Source: an uncultured Actinomycetes bacterium (lineage in GTDB: Bacteria; Actinomycetota; UBA4738; HRBIN12). From it: a DNA stretch of 64,000 bases. Location: contig CAVPLL010000001.1 in NCBI GenBank assembly GCA_963706005.1, forward strand, positions 97,603 to 161,602. Reading direction: 5' to 3'. This document shows, piece after piece, positions 44,545 through 54,199 of this stretch. The position numbers were made by a program, and so were the translations under genes. Position 1 is the stretch's first letter. The number at the start of each line of letters is the position of its first letter. The notes under the pieces were generated by a model. It had not been told where the DNA came from, did no database searches, and saw nothing but the letters and a program-made list of their open reading frames with translations.

Positions 44545-45966
44545 CTAGCCGGCTCGGTCCGCCGGCCGGATGTTCTGGTTCGAGCGGAACAGGTTCGTGG
44601 GGTCGTAGCGGGCCTTGAGGCTCGACAGGCGCCGGTACTTCTCGACCCCGTAGGCGGCTCGGACACGGTCCGGTCCCTCGTCGCCGAGGAAGTTCACGTA
44701 CACGCCGCGCGCCATCGGCTCGAGCGCCCCGAACAGCGACCGGGTCCACGCGACGTGCTCGGGACCGCGCTCCGCCTCCTCGGGGAGCCACACGCCGTTG
44801 ATGTTGGCGGCGAAGCCCTGCGAGCGACCGCCGAACGCCGTGTCCATCTCGCCGACCCGCGACATCGCGCCGCCGAGCTGGAACACGACCGTGTAGGAGC
44901 GTGGCGACGTGATCCGTTCCGTGTGGTCGTGGATCGCATCGACCGCACGATCCGACAGCTCGTCGAGCTCGACGGACTTCCAGTAGTAGTGCCAGCCCGA
45001 CACGACGGCCCCGTCGAACATCGTCTGGTGCTCGACGAACGGCTTGGGCTCGCACCGATCCACGATCGGCCCGAGCGACCGGATCGGGGCGATGACCCCA
45101 TGCCCCCCGTCGATCGGACCGCACCAGCAGGCCACGACGATCAGGACCGGGACCCCGTGCAGCGGTTCGGGCATCCACGGCGCCGCCGGTGCCCTGCGCA
45201 CGTTCACGATCGTGGTGAGCTCTTCGGGCGCGTCGGGTGCCCAGGCTCGGTAGGCGTCCATGACCTCGGTGGTCCGTTCGAGCGGGAACACGATCGGGCC
45301 GGCCAGCACCGTCGGCCCCACCGGGTGGGCCCGGAACCGGAACGACGTGACGATGCCGAAGTTGCCGCCGCCGCCGCGGATCCCCCACAGGAGGTCTGGA
45401 TGGTCCTCCTCGCTCGCCGTCACGATCTCGCCGTCGGCCGTCACGACGTCGGCGGCCACGAGGTTGTCCACCGAGAGACCGTGCTTGCGGGTCAACCACC
45501 CGATCCCGCCGCCGAGCGTGAGACCGGCGACGCCCGTGTGCGTGACGACGCCGGCGGGAACGGCGAGCCCGACCGCCTGCGTCGCGGCGTCCAGCTCCCC
45601 GAGGGTGACCCCCGCGGCCACCTCGACCGTCCCGTCGTCCGGATCCACGCGGACACCCTTCATCGCGGACAGGTCGATCACGAGCCCGTCGTCGCAGAGC
45701 GCGAGGCCGGCGACCCCGTGCCCGCCGCTCCGAACGGACGTGCGCAGGTCGTGCTCTCGCGCGAGGCGCACGGCGCTCCGGACGTCCGACGGATCCGCGC
45801 ACCGTGCGATCAGGCCCGGCCGGCGGTCGATCGCCCCGTTCCAGATCGCTCGGGCGGCTTCGTAGCCTTCGTCCGCAGGGTCGAAGAGCCGACCGCCGAA
45901 CCCGTCGCGGAACCCCTGCAGGGCCGTGGGCGGGACGGAGGCGATGGGGGCCTCGTTGGTCGCCAT
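44545..45966 (-). CDS. FAD-linked oxidase with berberine-bridge-enzyme-like C-terminus
   Basis: FAD_binding_4-like SGGHGVAG...LTLGGGIGWLTRKHGL. BBE tail YDPTNLFRSNQNI. Confidence 0.85.
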   Translation of the reverse strand: MATNEAPIASVPPTALQGFRDGFGGRLFDPADEGYEAARAIWNGAIDRRPGLIARCADPSDVRSAVRLAREHDLRTSVRSGGHGVAGLALCDDGLVIDLSAMKGVRVDPDDGTVEVAAGVTLGELDAATQAVGLAVPAGVVTHTGVAGLTLGGGIGWLTRKHGLSVDNLVAADVVTADGEIVTASEEDHPDLLWGIRGGGGNFGIVTSFRFRAHPVGPTVLAGPIVFPLERTTEVMDAYRAWAPDAPEELTTIVNVRRAPAAPWMPEPLHGVPVLIVVACWCGPIDGGHGVIAPIRSLGPIVDRCEPKPFVEHQTMFDGAVVSGWHYYWKSVELDELSDRAVDAIHDHTERITSPRSYTVVFQLGGAMSRVGEMDTAFGGRSQGFAANINGVWLPEEAERGPEHVAWTRSLFGALEPMARGVYVNFLGDEGPDRVRAAYGVEKYRRLSSLKARYDPTNLFRSNQNIRPADRAG

Positions 45967-46073
45967 CGTCCAGATGGTGACGCCGGGCGGGCGCCCTCGT
46001 CCAGTCGGGATCCGGGCTGGGCGGCAAACCGCATCGCGCGAGGCCCGCGTGTCCCTCGTGCGAGACTGCCGGC

Positions 46074-46754
46074 GTGGACGAGGAGCTCCCGGTCGGCGAG
46101 CCCGTGGACATGGTCCCCGCTCGACCGCCCGAACGCCGCGAGCTGAAGGGGCGATTCGTCGCCGTCCGACCGCTCGATCCGGCGAGCGACGTCGGTCCGC
46201 TGTGGGATGCGTCGCACGACGGGGGCGCCGAGGCGTCCCGCCTGTGGACCTACATGTACGAACCGTTCGCCGACCGCGCCGAGATGCGCGCGTGGCTCGA
46301 CGGGTGCGCGCGTTCGGACGATCCGCTGTTCATGACCGTGGTCTCCCATCGGGCGGGCCCCGTCGGGATGGCGGCCTTCCTGAACATCGAGACGGTGCAC
46401 CGACGGATGGAGATCGGGCACATCTGGTACGCGCTGGCGGCCCAGCGGACCGAGGCCAACACCGAGACGGCGTACCTCATGATGCGCGAGGCGTTCGACG
46501 AGCTCGGCTACCGCCGCGTCGAGTGGAAGTGCGACGCGCTGAACCAGCGCTCGCGCGCGGCGGCGCTCCGGCTCGGGTTCACGTTCGAGGGCGTGTTCCG
46601 CAAGCACATGATCGTCCGAGGCCGGAGCCGGGACAGCGCCTGGTTCTCGCTGCTCGACGACGAGTGGCCGGCGGCCAAGGAGGCGCTCGAGCGCTGGCTC
46701 GGTTCGGACGCCCAGGGGCGCCCGTCGCTCGGGACGCTCCGAGCGAACCCTTGA
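46074..46754 (+). CDS. GNAT-family N-acetyltransferase (RimJ/RimL-like)
   Basis: EIGHIWY...QRTEANTEAYLMMREAF-like core (QRTEANTETAYLMMREAFDELGYRRVEWKCDALNQRSRAAALRLGFTFEG). Confidence 0.8.
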   Translation: MDEELPVGEPVDMVPARPPERRELKGRFVAVRPLDPASDVGPLWDASHDGGAEASRLWTYMYEPFADRAEMRAWLDGCARSDDPLFMTVVSHRAGPVGMAAFLNIETVHRRMEIGHIWYALAAQRTEANTETAYLMMREAFDELGYRRVEWKCDALNQRSRAAALRLGFTFEGVFRKHMIVRGRSRDSAWFSLLDDEWPAAKEALERWLGSDAQGRPSLGTLRANP

Positions 46755-46799
46755 CGGATCGACCGATCGGTCTCGGGTCGGCGAGCAGACGAGGGCGGC

Positions 46800-47378
46800 C
46801 TAGGCGAACGCGGGCTCGTTGCCCGATCGCCACTTGATGCTGCACCCGATGCTCGCGCGCTGCTCCTCGGCGACGGGCGTGCCCGACAGGACCGCGTCGA
46901 TCGCGGCGCGCAGGTCCTGCCCGGTGACCGGGAGGCCGTTGCTCGGGCGGCTGGCGTCGAGCTGGCCGCGGTACACGAGCGCCCGATCCGCGTCGAACAG
47001 GAAGAAGTCGGGGGTGCAGGCCGCCGTGAAGGCCTTCGCGACCTCCTGGGTCTCGTCGAACAGGTAGGGGAACACGTAGCCCACCTCGCGCGCCTCCTCC
47101 GCCAGGCTCTCCGGTGCGTCCTCGGGATAGGCGGACGGATCGTTGGCGCTGATGGCGACGATCCCGAGCGCGCCGTCGGCGAAGTCGCGACCCAGGCGCG
47201 CGAGCTCCGCGCGCACGTGCGTGACGTACGGGCAGTGTCGGCAGATGAACATGACGAGCAGCCCGGCCTTGTCGTCGAAGTCCCGGAGGGCGACGGTTCT
47301 GCCGGTGACCACGTCCGGGAGCTCGAAGTCCGGCGCCTTCGTCCCGAGCGCGAGCATCGTCGAGGGAACGGCCACCAC
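46800..47378 (-). CDS. thioredoxin-fold thiol-disulfide oxidoreductase/peroxiredoxin-like protein
   Basis: KAPDFELPD...LLVMFICRHCPYV (CxxC) ...PYLFDETQEVAKAF. Confidence 0.8.
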   Translation of the reverse strand: MVAVPSTMLALGTKAPDFELPDVVTGRTVALRDFDDKAGLLVMFICRHCPYVTHVRAELARLGRDFADGALGIVAISANDPSAYPEDAPESLAEEAREVGYVFPYLFDETQEVAKAFTAACTPDFFLFDADRALVYRGQLDASRPSNGLPVTGQDLRAAIDAVLSGTPVAEEQRASIGCSIKWRSGNEPAFA

Positions 47379-47409
47379 ATCATTCTCCCAGGGAACGGCG
47401 GGTCGGAGA

Positions 47410-49032
47410 CTAGGCCGGCGCGACCCGGTCGACCCGGACCTCGTACGTCGGCACCGGGGAGGGCTTGCCCTTCAGGTCGAGCTCGCCGAACGGCTCGGCC
47501 GCGACCTCGCCTCGGACGGCCTCGTACGTCGCCTGACCGATCAGGATCGCGCCCGGGCGCGCGGCCGCCTGGAGCCGGGCGGCCACGTTGGTCGTGTCGC
47601 CGATCGCGGTGAAGCTCCGATGCGCGCCCGCGCCGACGTTGCCCAGGGCGGCCGGACCCGAGTTGACGCCGATCCGGAACCGGGGCCACTCGGGGTGCTC
47701 GTCGGAGGTCTCGGACAACGCCAGTTGCATCGAACGCGCCGCACGGACGGCGCGTAGGGCGTGGTCGGGCTGATCGTCCAGCGCGTTGAACACCACCAGG
47801 ATCGCGTCGCCCGCGAACCGCTCGATCAGTCCGCCCTCGCGCTCCGTGATGATCGGGACGGCGGTCGCCCAGTACGCGTTCAGCATCTCGACGACCTCCA
47901 TCGGCGACCGCCCGTCGGAGAAGCCGGTGAAGCCCGCGAGGTCGGCGAACAGCACCGTCACCTCCGCCTCGTGGCCGCCGAGCTCGGCGAGCGACGGCTC
48001 CCGCTCGAGCCGGTCGGCGAGGGCGGGGCCGACGTACGGGCGGAACAGCTCGTCGACGCGGGCCATCTCCCGCGCCGCGCGCTCCAGGAGCACGACCTCC
48101 TCGGAACCGAACCCCTCGCTGCGGAGTTGCTCGAGCACCGGGGCGAGCGGTTCCTGCGACCGGACCGAGGGCATCAGCTGCGCGATCGCGTTGGACGAGC
48201 GCCGGTCGATGCGCTCGAGCGTCTGGTCGAGGTACAGGCTGCCGAACGCCGCCGTCACCGAGCCCTCGCGACGGTATTCGCTCCTGACCGACAGCGTCAC
48301 GATCGCGAACGCCACGGCCATCAGCGCGTGCCACTCCCACCAGGAGGCGTGCCAGCTCCGCGCGAAGGCGACGGCGACCAAGGCCTCGGCGAGCAGGACG
48401 AAGGCCACGGCCACCGACAGCGGGAGCGTCCGCCGCCGGCTGCGGTAGATGCGCAGGTACCGCCACGCCGCGAACGTGTACAGAGCGATGCCGACGGGCG
48501 CGAGGAGCCGGAACGCGAGCGGGGCCTCCTCCCCGAGCGGCCGGTCCAGGAGGTCGATCCCGGCGAGCGACCCGGCCGCCCACACGATCAGCAGGAGCGC
48601 GAGCGCCCCCCGGATCAGCGTCCGTCGCCGCAGGAGCGCGGTCGCCCTCGCGTGGTCGAGCTCGAGCGCCGACGCCGCGGCGAACACCGACGCGAGGAGC
48701 AGGCCGATCGGCGTCGCGATCGCGAACCCGGAGTTCGGGTGGTCGAGCAGCACCCCCGGCGTCGCGAGCGCGTGCAACGCGAGGAACCCCGAGCTCGTGA
48801 TGAGCGCGAGCGAGACCAGGAACAGACGCGCATCGGCTCGGCGATGCGCCGCCTCGCTCGCGACGAGGGCGAGCGCGACGTTGATCAGCGCGACAGCCAG
48901 CACGAGCAGGAAGTGCGACGGATGGTGCTCCCACACGACGTCGATGCTCGGAACGGCGAGGAGCAGGCCCAGGCCCGCGAGCGGCAGCGCAAGCAACAGG
49001 ACGAGGAGCCAGACTCGCGGGCGGTCTCGCAC
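47410..49032 (-). CDS. membrane-anchored class III adenylate/guanylate cyclase
   Basis: About 8 N-terminal TM segments, then VTVLFADLAGFT, RFAGDAILVVF and GDTTNVAARLQ (canonical cyclase homology domain). Confidence 0.85.
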   Translation of the reverse strand: MRDRPRVWLLVLLLALPLAGLGLLLAVPSIDVVWEHHPSHFLLVLAVALINVALALVASEAAHRRADARLFLVSLALITSSGFLALHALATPGVLLDHPNSGFAIATPIGLLLASVFAAASALELDHARATALLRRRTLIRGALALLLIVWAAGSLAGIDLLDRPLGEEAPLAFRLLAPVGIALYTFAAWRYLRIYRSRRRTLPLSVAVAFVLLAEALVAVAFARSWHASWWEWHALMAVAFAIVTLSVRSEYRREGSVTAAFGSLYLDQTLERIDRRSSNAIAQLMPSVRSQEPLAPVLEQLRSEGFGSEEVVLLERAAREMARVDELFRPYVGPALADRLEREPSLAELGGHEAEVTVLFADLAGFTGFSDGRSPMEVVEMLNAYWATAVPIITEREGGLIERFAGDAILVVFNALDDQPDHALRAVRAARSMQLALSETSDEHPEWPRFRIGVNSGPAALGNVGAGAHRSFTAIGDTTNVAARLQAAARPGAILIGQATYEAVRGEVAAEPFGELDLKGKPSPVPTYEVRVDRVAPA

Positions 49033-49232
49033 GTCTCCTCCGTGGATCCACGAGGTGGTCCTCGCGCTCGAGACGCGCGAGCCGTCGGGAGCGCACGTCC
49101 GGCCTCGGATAGTAGGCTATGGGTCTCGGGCGCCGCCCGGGGATCCTGAACGAGCGCTCGAACGGGCCTGGCCTGGGGACCTGACTCGCCTCTCGCTAAC
49201 GGATCGAACGGTCAACGGACGACGGAGGCGAG

Positions 49233-49421
49233 ATGGCACGAGGGAGCAGCGACGTCCTGTTGGGGACCCCCGAGCGCGGGAAGCGTTCCGTGGCGCGCGA
49301 GGAGAAGGGGCGGCGTTGCGCCGCACTTGGGTGCGGAACGGTGCTCTCGACGTACAACCGGTCGGCGACGTGCTTCGTGCACACCTCGCCGACGCGGCGG
49401 CCGCCGCTCGAAGGTTCCTGA
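49233..49421 (+). CDS. small hypothetical protein with putative zinc-ribbon (CX4C-X14-CX2H)
   Basis: 62 aa. GGAGG sits 6-10 nt upstream. Strongly GC-biased third positions. RRCAALGCGTVLSTYNRSATCFVH. Confidence 0.45.
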   Translation: MARGSSDVLLGTPERGKRSVAREEKGRRCAALGCGTVLSTYNRSATCFVHTSPTRRPPLEGS

Positions 49422-49484
49422 GAGACCGGACCGCGCCGGGCGCCACCGAGGGAACCGCACGCACCACGCACCGAGGAGGAACGG

Positions 49485-49715
49485 ATGCCCGATAGCGTCG
49501 GCAAGCGGAAGCGCCGGGACGTGACCGCGCGCAAGCACGCCGCTCGGGAAGAGCGGCGGGTCGCCCGGGCGGGTCGGAAGAAGGACCGCGAGGCCGGTCT
49601 CATCGAGCCCGGCCCGCCGATCGGGCCCGCCGAGCAGAGCGAGTGGCTCGTCGTGGAGCCGGAAGCCGACGGCGAGGCCGAAGGCTCGGAGGCCAAGGGC
49701 GAGGTCGAGGCCTGA
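49485..49715 (+). CDS. small highly charged hypothetical protein
   Basis: 76 aa. GAGGAGGA sits 5 nt upstream. GC3-rich. Basic N-terminal half (KRKRRDVTARKHAAREERRVARAGRKKDRE) and acidic C-terminal half (VVEPEADGEAEGSEAKGEVEA). Confidence 0.45.
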   Translation: MPDSVGKRKRRDVTARKHAAREERRVARAGRKKDREAGLIEPGPPIGPAEQSEWLVVEPEADGEAEGSEAKGEVEA

Positions 49716-49749
49716 GCGCCGATCCGAACTCACCCACCTGGGAACGCAA

Positions 49750-49777
49750 GAGGACCCGACGCAAGCGCCGGGTCCTC
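49750..49777. terminator. hairpin between convergent small ORF and csp
   Basis: GAGGACCCG (49750-49758), 10-nt loop, CGGGTCCTC (49769-49777). Perfect 9-bp stem. Confidence 0.5.
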
Positions 49778-49794
49778 ATCGCGTTCGAACGAAC

Positions 49795-49998
49795 CTAGAC
49801 GGCGCGGACGTTCGCAGCCTGCGGGCCCTTCTGGCCCTGGGTCACGTCGTACTCCACCTTCTGGTTCTCCTCCAGGTTGCGGAAACCCTCACCGGCGATC
49901 GCGCTGAAATGCACGAACACGTCGGCGGTACCGTCGTCCGGAGTGATGAAACCGAAGCCCTTCTCGGGGCTGAACCACTTCACGGTTCCGATTGCCAC
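49795..49998 (-). CDS. cspA: cold-shock protein (CspA family)
   Basis: GTG at 49998 preceded by [22 protein letters not shown] (RNP-1) and VFVHFSAI (RNP-2). Confidence 0.9.
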   Translation of the reverse strand: MAIGTVKWFSPEKGFGFITPDDGTADVFVHFSAIAGEGFRNLEENQKVEYDVTQGQKGPQAANVRAV

Positions 49999-50257
49999 GT
50001 GCGATCCCTCCTTCCTTTCGCCGTCGGGGCCTGGTTGCTGCCCTTCACGGCGCCGGCCGTAGCAGCCGGGTGAGGGAACTGCTCGTAGCTGTAAACCGCG
50101 ATCGTTGCCCTCGGCACAACGGTACCATTTCGCCCACCGCCGGGGACCGACGGATGCGTGAGAGGCCGGGTCGAGGCACGGCGTGCCTCGCTCGATGCGA
50201 TCGCGGGGTCTCCGGTACGGACATCTGAGGCGGACGGACGGGGATCGGGGGTTCGAC

Positions 50258-51226
50258 ATGCGTCAGCTTCGAGGACGATCGGCTCGTGCACGGATGACCC
50301 GGACGCTCCTCGGCCTCATCGCGCCGACGCTGCTCCTCGGCACCGTGTTCGCGACGTCGGCGGTCGCGCAGGACGAGGGTGGGCAGCCCGGCGCCGCCGA
50401 TCAGATCGTGTTCACCGGAGATCTCGTCGTTCCGTCTGGTGAGACGGTCGGGACCGCGCTGACCTTCAACGGGGACGCGACGATCGAGGGGACCGTGACG
50501 GAGAGCGTGGTGGTCTTCAACGGGGACGTCGACGTATCCGGGACCGTCGACGGCGACGTCGTGGTCTTCAACGGCCACGTCGTCGTGCGCTCCGGCGCCG
50601 AGGTCGGCGGTGACGTCATGAGCCGGCAGACCGCCCGGATCGAAGACGGCGCCACCATCGGGGGAGACGTCAGGGGGATCTCCGGCCGGTTCGACTTCAA
50701 GGGCCTCGGGTTCGCCGGCCGTCTGGCGTGGTGGATCGGCTACTCGGTGTCGACCCTCCTCCTCGGGCTCGCGCTCCTGCTGTTCGGGCCCGGCTTGGAT
50801 GGTGGCCTCGACGGAGCCTTCCGCAGGCGGACCGGCGCGTCGTTCGGCTTCGGCGCCGCGATCTTCTTCCTGCTCCCGATCGTGGCCGTGCTGCTGCTCG
50901 TCGTCGTGGTGGCGATCCCGCTGGGGGTGTTCCTGCTCCTCGCGCTCGCCCTGCTCTACACGGTCGGCTACGTGGCGGGCGCGCACCTCCTCGGCCGGCA
51001 GCTGGTCAAGCCGCCGAGCTCGCGGATGGTGGCGTTCCTCCTCGGGTGGGCGATCCTGCGAGGGTTGGCGCTGATCCCGTTCGCCGGCGGCCTCGTCTGG
51101 ACGGTGGCATCGATCGCCGGGCTGGGTGCGCTCATGATCGCGGCCCGGTCGACCTCGGCGGTTCCGTCGGCGCCGGTCGCGACCGCGCCGATCCCGACCC
51201 CACCCGCGCCCCCGCCGATGACCTGA
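50258..51226 (+). CDS. secreted bactofilin-like (polymer-forming/beta-helix repeat) domain fused to a 4-TM membrane domain
   Basis: Signal peptide [21 protein letters not shown]. Repeats [11 protein letters not shown] / [15 protein letters not shown] / [17 protein letters not shown] / IGGDV. Four hydrophobic helices, then a Pro-rich tail. Confidence 0.7.
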   Translation: MRQLRGRSARARMTRTLLGLIAPTLLLGTVFATSAVAQDEGGQPGAADQIVFTGDLVVPSGETVGTALTFNGDATIEGTVTESVVVFNGDVDVSGTVDGDVVVFNGHVVVRSGAEVGGDVMSRQTARIEDGATIGGDVRGISGRFDFKGLGFAGRLAWWIGYSVSTLLLGLALLLFGPGLDGGLDGAFRRRTGASFGFGAAIFFLLPIVAVLLLVVVVAIPLGVFLLLALALLYTVGYVAGAHLLGRQLVKPPSSRMVAFLLGWAILRGLALIPFAGGLVWTVASIAGLGALMIAARSTSAVPSAPVATAPIPTPPAPPPMT

Positions 51227-51256
51227 CGTTCCGGTCGCGGCCGCCCGGCCCTGGGC

Positions 51257-54160
51257 TCACCGGGTCGTGTCGGGTGAGCGCTCGGGCGGTCGTGACTCGG
51301 CCAGCCGGTGCGCGAGCACGCGCATGACGCCGATCCCGATGTCCGGGCGATCGTGGATCATGCTCTCGAACTCCCGGCGGCCGATGCGGATCGCGCGGAC
51401 GTCCCCGTCGGCCACGAGCGAGGCGATCCTCGGGTCGCGCGTGATCAGGGACATCTCGCCCACGACCTCGCCGGGGCCCCTCCTCGCGATCTCGGAACCG
51501 CCGGACTCCACGCGAACCGCGCCGCGCACGACGATGAGCAGCTCGTCGCCCAGCTCTCCTTCGGACGCGAGGAGCTCGCCGTCCGCGAAGGCCTGTTCCT
51601 GCGCCACCTCGGCGATCGCGTTCAGGTCGGCGGGCGCCAGTTCGTCGAACAACGGGACGCGTCGCAGGAACAGGACGCGTTCGATCGCCGGCATCGACGT
51701 CCGCGTCCGAGCCATGGTGTCTCCTCCTCCGCGTTCGGACCTCACCGCGGCGGCGCACGCCGCGATGAAGGCATCATCGTCCCCCAGGGTCCGCTCCAGC
51801 CAATCGTCCGGCCCGCCGTTCGCCATCGCGACGGCCGGGCGCTCGGACGGCTCCCACAGGGCCAGGACCGGGCCGGCGAGCGTCCCGTCGGTCGTCGCCT
51901 CGAGGGTCTCGAGGGCGTTCGCGACCTGACCCGGGTCGTTCGCGTCCAGGCTCTCGATCGCCGAACGCACCGCGCCCGCATCGGTCGAGATCAGCGAGAG
52001 GGCCCGGAGCGCCGAGCGTCCGCTCGCCCGCGCCCGCTCGCGGAGCGCGTCCTCCAGGAGCCCGGCGGCGGCTCCGTCGGAAGGGACGGCCGCGGCGAGC
52101 CCGTCGTCGCGCGTTGCCTCGCCGGCGCGCTCCTGCACGAACCGCCGAACGTCGGCTTCCCGCCCGACCACGTCGAGTCGGGACAGGGCCCGCAGGGCCG
52201 CGTCTCGAGCCCCGGGCCGGTCGAGCGCCGCCAGCACGTCATCGATCGCTCGCTGGCCGATCCTCGCCACGGCCCGCGCGGCCGCCTCGCGCACCCGAGG
52301 GCTCGGGTCCTCGAACAGACGGATGGCCGGCCCGAGGGCCTCGTCCGGTTCGGCCGCGGCGAGCGCCGTCACGGCCGCGGCTCGGACGCCCGGGTCCTCG
52401 TCGACGAGGGCGGGCGAGGCGAGCGGAGCGGCCACGTCGGAGGGGGCATCCAGGAGGCGGCGGAGCACGGTCGCTCGAACGGCCGGGTCGGGGTCCCGGA
52501 CGAGCTCGGCGAGCCTGCGTTCGGCATGGGGGCCGTTCGGCCCGCCGGCGCTCGCCACGGCAGCCGAGGCCGCCACGGATGGGTCGGGATCGTCCATCAG
52601 GGGCACGAACACCTCGAGGTCCGCGCCCGGTCCCAGCCTGGACGCGAGCCCGACCACCCCCTGGGAGCGGACGGTCGCGTCGTCGTCGCGCAGGGCGCGT
52701 TGCAGGCAGGCGATCGCTCGTTCGTCGTCCGTCTCGGCCAGCAGCTGCACCGCGAGCCGCCGCACGGAGGGTCGCTCGTCGTCGGCGGCGTGGAGGAGGC
52801 TCTGCAGCGCCTGCGCGTCGGGCTCGAACGCGAACGGGACCCCGGCGACCGCGACGTCGGGGAACACCTCCGGCCGGCCCTCGCGGAGGGCATCGACGAG
52901 CGCCGACGCGTACGAGGCGCGGAGACGCCAGGTGACGAACACCGCGATCGCTGCGGTCGCGAGACCGATCGCGGCGAACTGACGTGGCGACAGCACGTCC
53001 TGACCGACGAGGGCGATCACGCCGGCGATCGCCGTGCCGGCCTGTGCCGGCCCGCCGCCCAGGAACGTCCGAACCTGGTCGCGCCGGGCATCGGGGATCA
53101 CGTTCGTGAGCGTCTCCCACGCCGGCGAGGCGACGCCCTGGAGCCAGACGCCGTCGACGAACCTCAGGACGACGAGCGTCACGAAGCCGGAGCTGGCGAG
53201 CAAGATCCCGAACGACCCGACGTACAGGAGCGGGAGCACCAGCATCATCGTGGCGATGCCGAACCGGCCGAAGAGCCGGTTCGTGACGAGCACCGACACG
53301 AGGAACGCCGCACCCGTCATCGCCGCCCAGAACAGCCCGAAGAACCCCGCGAGCTCGCCCGCGTCGGGGAACCGTTCGGTGGCGGCCGTGGCCCACGGCA
53401 GGTACAGCGAGAAGAACAGGACCGAGAACAGGACGGCGGCCAGCGTCATCCACACGAGCAGCCTCGATCGTGTGACGTACCCGAACGCGACGCTCAGATC
53501 CTTCACGGGCGACGAACGGGGTCGCCCGACCCGGTGCGCCCGCGGCTGCGGGCTCGTGCCGGCGGCGGCCAGCACGACCCGGCACAGCACGAACGAGATC
53601 GCGAGGGCGAGCGCCCAGACGAGCAGGAGGTTCTCCGTCCCGATCGCGCGCACCAGCGGGTCCGTGAGCAGGCCGCCGACGACCGACCCGAGGATCTCGC
53701 CAGCGGCGAACAGCGGGAACAGCCGCTTGGCGCGGCGCGTGTCGGTGACGACACCGGCCGTCCCCCAGACGAAGACGTTCTGCAGCAAGATCGCGAGCGC
53801 GACCGTCAGCCACAGGACGGGGAAGATCCACCGTCCGTCGCTCAGCAGCGCGAGCCGTTCGGCGAGCACGACGGCCGCGAGCCCGGCCGGGATCGCCAGG
53901 TACGCGCGTCGTCGTTCGACCCGGCCGAGGATCGTGGCGAGGCCGAGCATGAACGCGAAGGCCGTCGCGCCCTGGACGAGGTACATGAGGGGGAGCGCGT
54001 CCGTACCGATGCGGTCGAAGAAGAGCGCGTTCGCGCCGCTCTGGCCGACGGCCAGGCCGGCCATGCCGACGAAGGACAACGCGACCATGGGCGCGACGAG
54101 CCGCGTCTCGCCCCGTTGGATCTTGAGGAGACGCTCGACCGCGCTCACCTGCTGCGACAC
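51257..54160 (-). CDS. multidomain protein: N-terminal MFS/nucleotide-translocase-like 12-TM region, HEAT repeats, and a C-terminal cyclic-nucleotide-binding domain
   Basis: TM region through about residue 430. At least 5 HEAT-like DPxPxVRxxA repeats (DERPSVRRLAVQ, DDDATVRSQG, DPDPAVRATV, DEDPGVRAAAV, DPSPRVREAAA). The CNB domain reads LRRVPLFDEL...GELGDELLIVVRGAVRV...GEVVGEMSLITRDPRIASLVA. The start is uncertain: GTG 54160 is chosen, GTG 54148 or ATG 54205 are possible. Confidence 0.8.
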   Translation of the reverse strand: MSQQVSAVERLLKIQRGETRLVAPMVALSFVGMAGLAVGQSGANALFFDRIGTDALPLMYLVQGATAFAFMLGLATILGRVERRRAYLAIPAGLAAVVLAERLALLSDGRWIFPVLWLTVALAILLQNVFVWGTAGVVTDTRRAKRLFPLFAAGEILGSVVGGLLTDPLVRAIGTENLLLVWALALAISFVLCRVVLAAAGTSPQPRAHRVGRPRSSPVKDLSVAFGYVTRSRLLVWMTLAAVLFSVLFFSLYLPWATAATERFPDAGELAGFFGLFWAAMTGAAFLVSVLVTNRLFGRFGIATMMLVLPLLYVGSFGILLASSGFVTLVVLRFVDGVWLQGVASPAWETLTNVIPDARRDQVRTFLGGGPAQAGTAIAGVIALVGQDVLSPRQFAAIGLATAAIAVFVTWRLRASYASALVDALREGRPEVFPDVAVAGVPFAFEPDAQALQSLLHAADDERPSVRRLAVQLLAETDDERAIACLQRALRDDDATVRSQGVVGLASRLGPGADLEVFVPLMDDPDPSVAASAAVASAGGPNGPHAERRLAELVRDPDPAVRATVLRRLLDAPSDVAAPLASPALVDEDPGVRAAAVTALAAAEPDEALGPAIRLFEDPSPRVREAAARAVARIGQRAIDDVLAALDRPGARDAALRALSRLDVVGREADVRRFVQERAGEATRDDGLAAAVPSDGAAAGLLEDALRERARASGRSALRALSLISTDAGAVRSAIESLDANDPGQVANALETLEATTDGTLAGPVLALWEPSERPAVAMANGGPDDWLERTLGDDDAFIAACAAAVRSERGGGDTMARTRTSMPAIERVLFLRRVPLFDELAPADLNAIAEVAQEQAFADGELLASEGELGDELLIVVRGAVRVESGGSEIARRGPGEVVGEMSLITRDPRIASLVADGDVRAIRIGRREFESMIHDRPDIGIGVMRVLAHRLAESRPPERSPDTTR

Positions 54161-54183
54161 CCCCCCGATGCGGACGGCTGCGG

Positions 54184-54193
54184 ACTCTACACT
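54184..54193. promoter_or_regulatory. overlapping back-to-back -10-like hexamers between the cyclase and the cNMP-binding transporter gene
   Basis: Plus-strand TACACT (54188-54193) lies 6 nt before GTG 54200. Minus-strand TAGAGT (54189-54184) points toward the 54160/54148 starts. Confidence 0.35.
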
Positions 54194-54199
54194 TCGGCC

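Noticed and set aside
46508-49096. 862-aa minus-strand ORF
   Set aside because: It is an alternative frame of the thioredoxin-like and membrane-cyclase genes, with Arg/Pro/Ala-rich low complexity.
51308-54199. First 964 codons of the 1409-aa plus-strand ORF
   Set aside because: This part is antisense to the transporter-HEAT-CNB gene and compositionally junk. Recognisable sequence begins only at the GTG at 54200 (alpha/beta hydrolase N-terminus).
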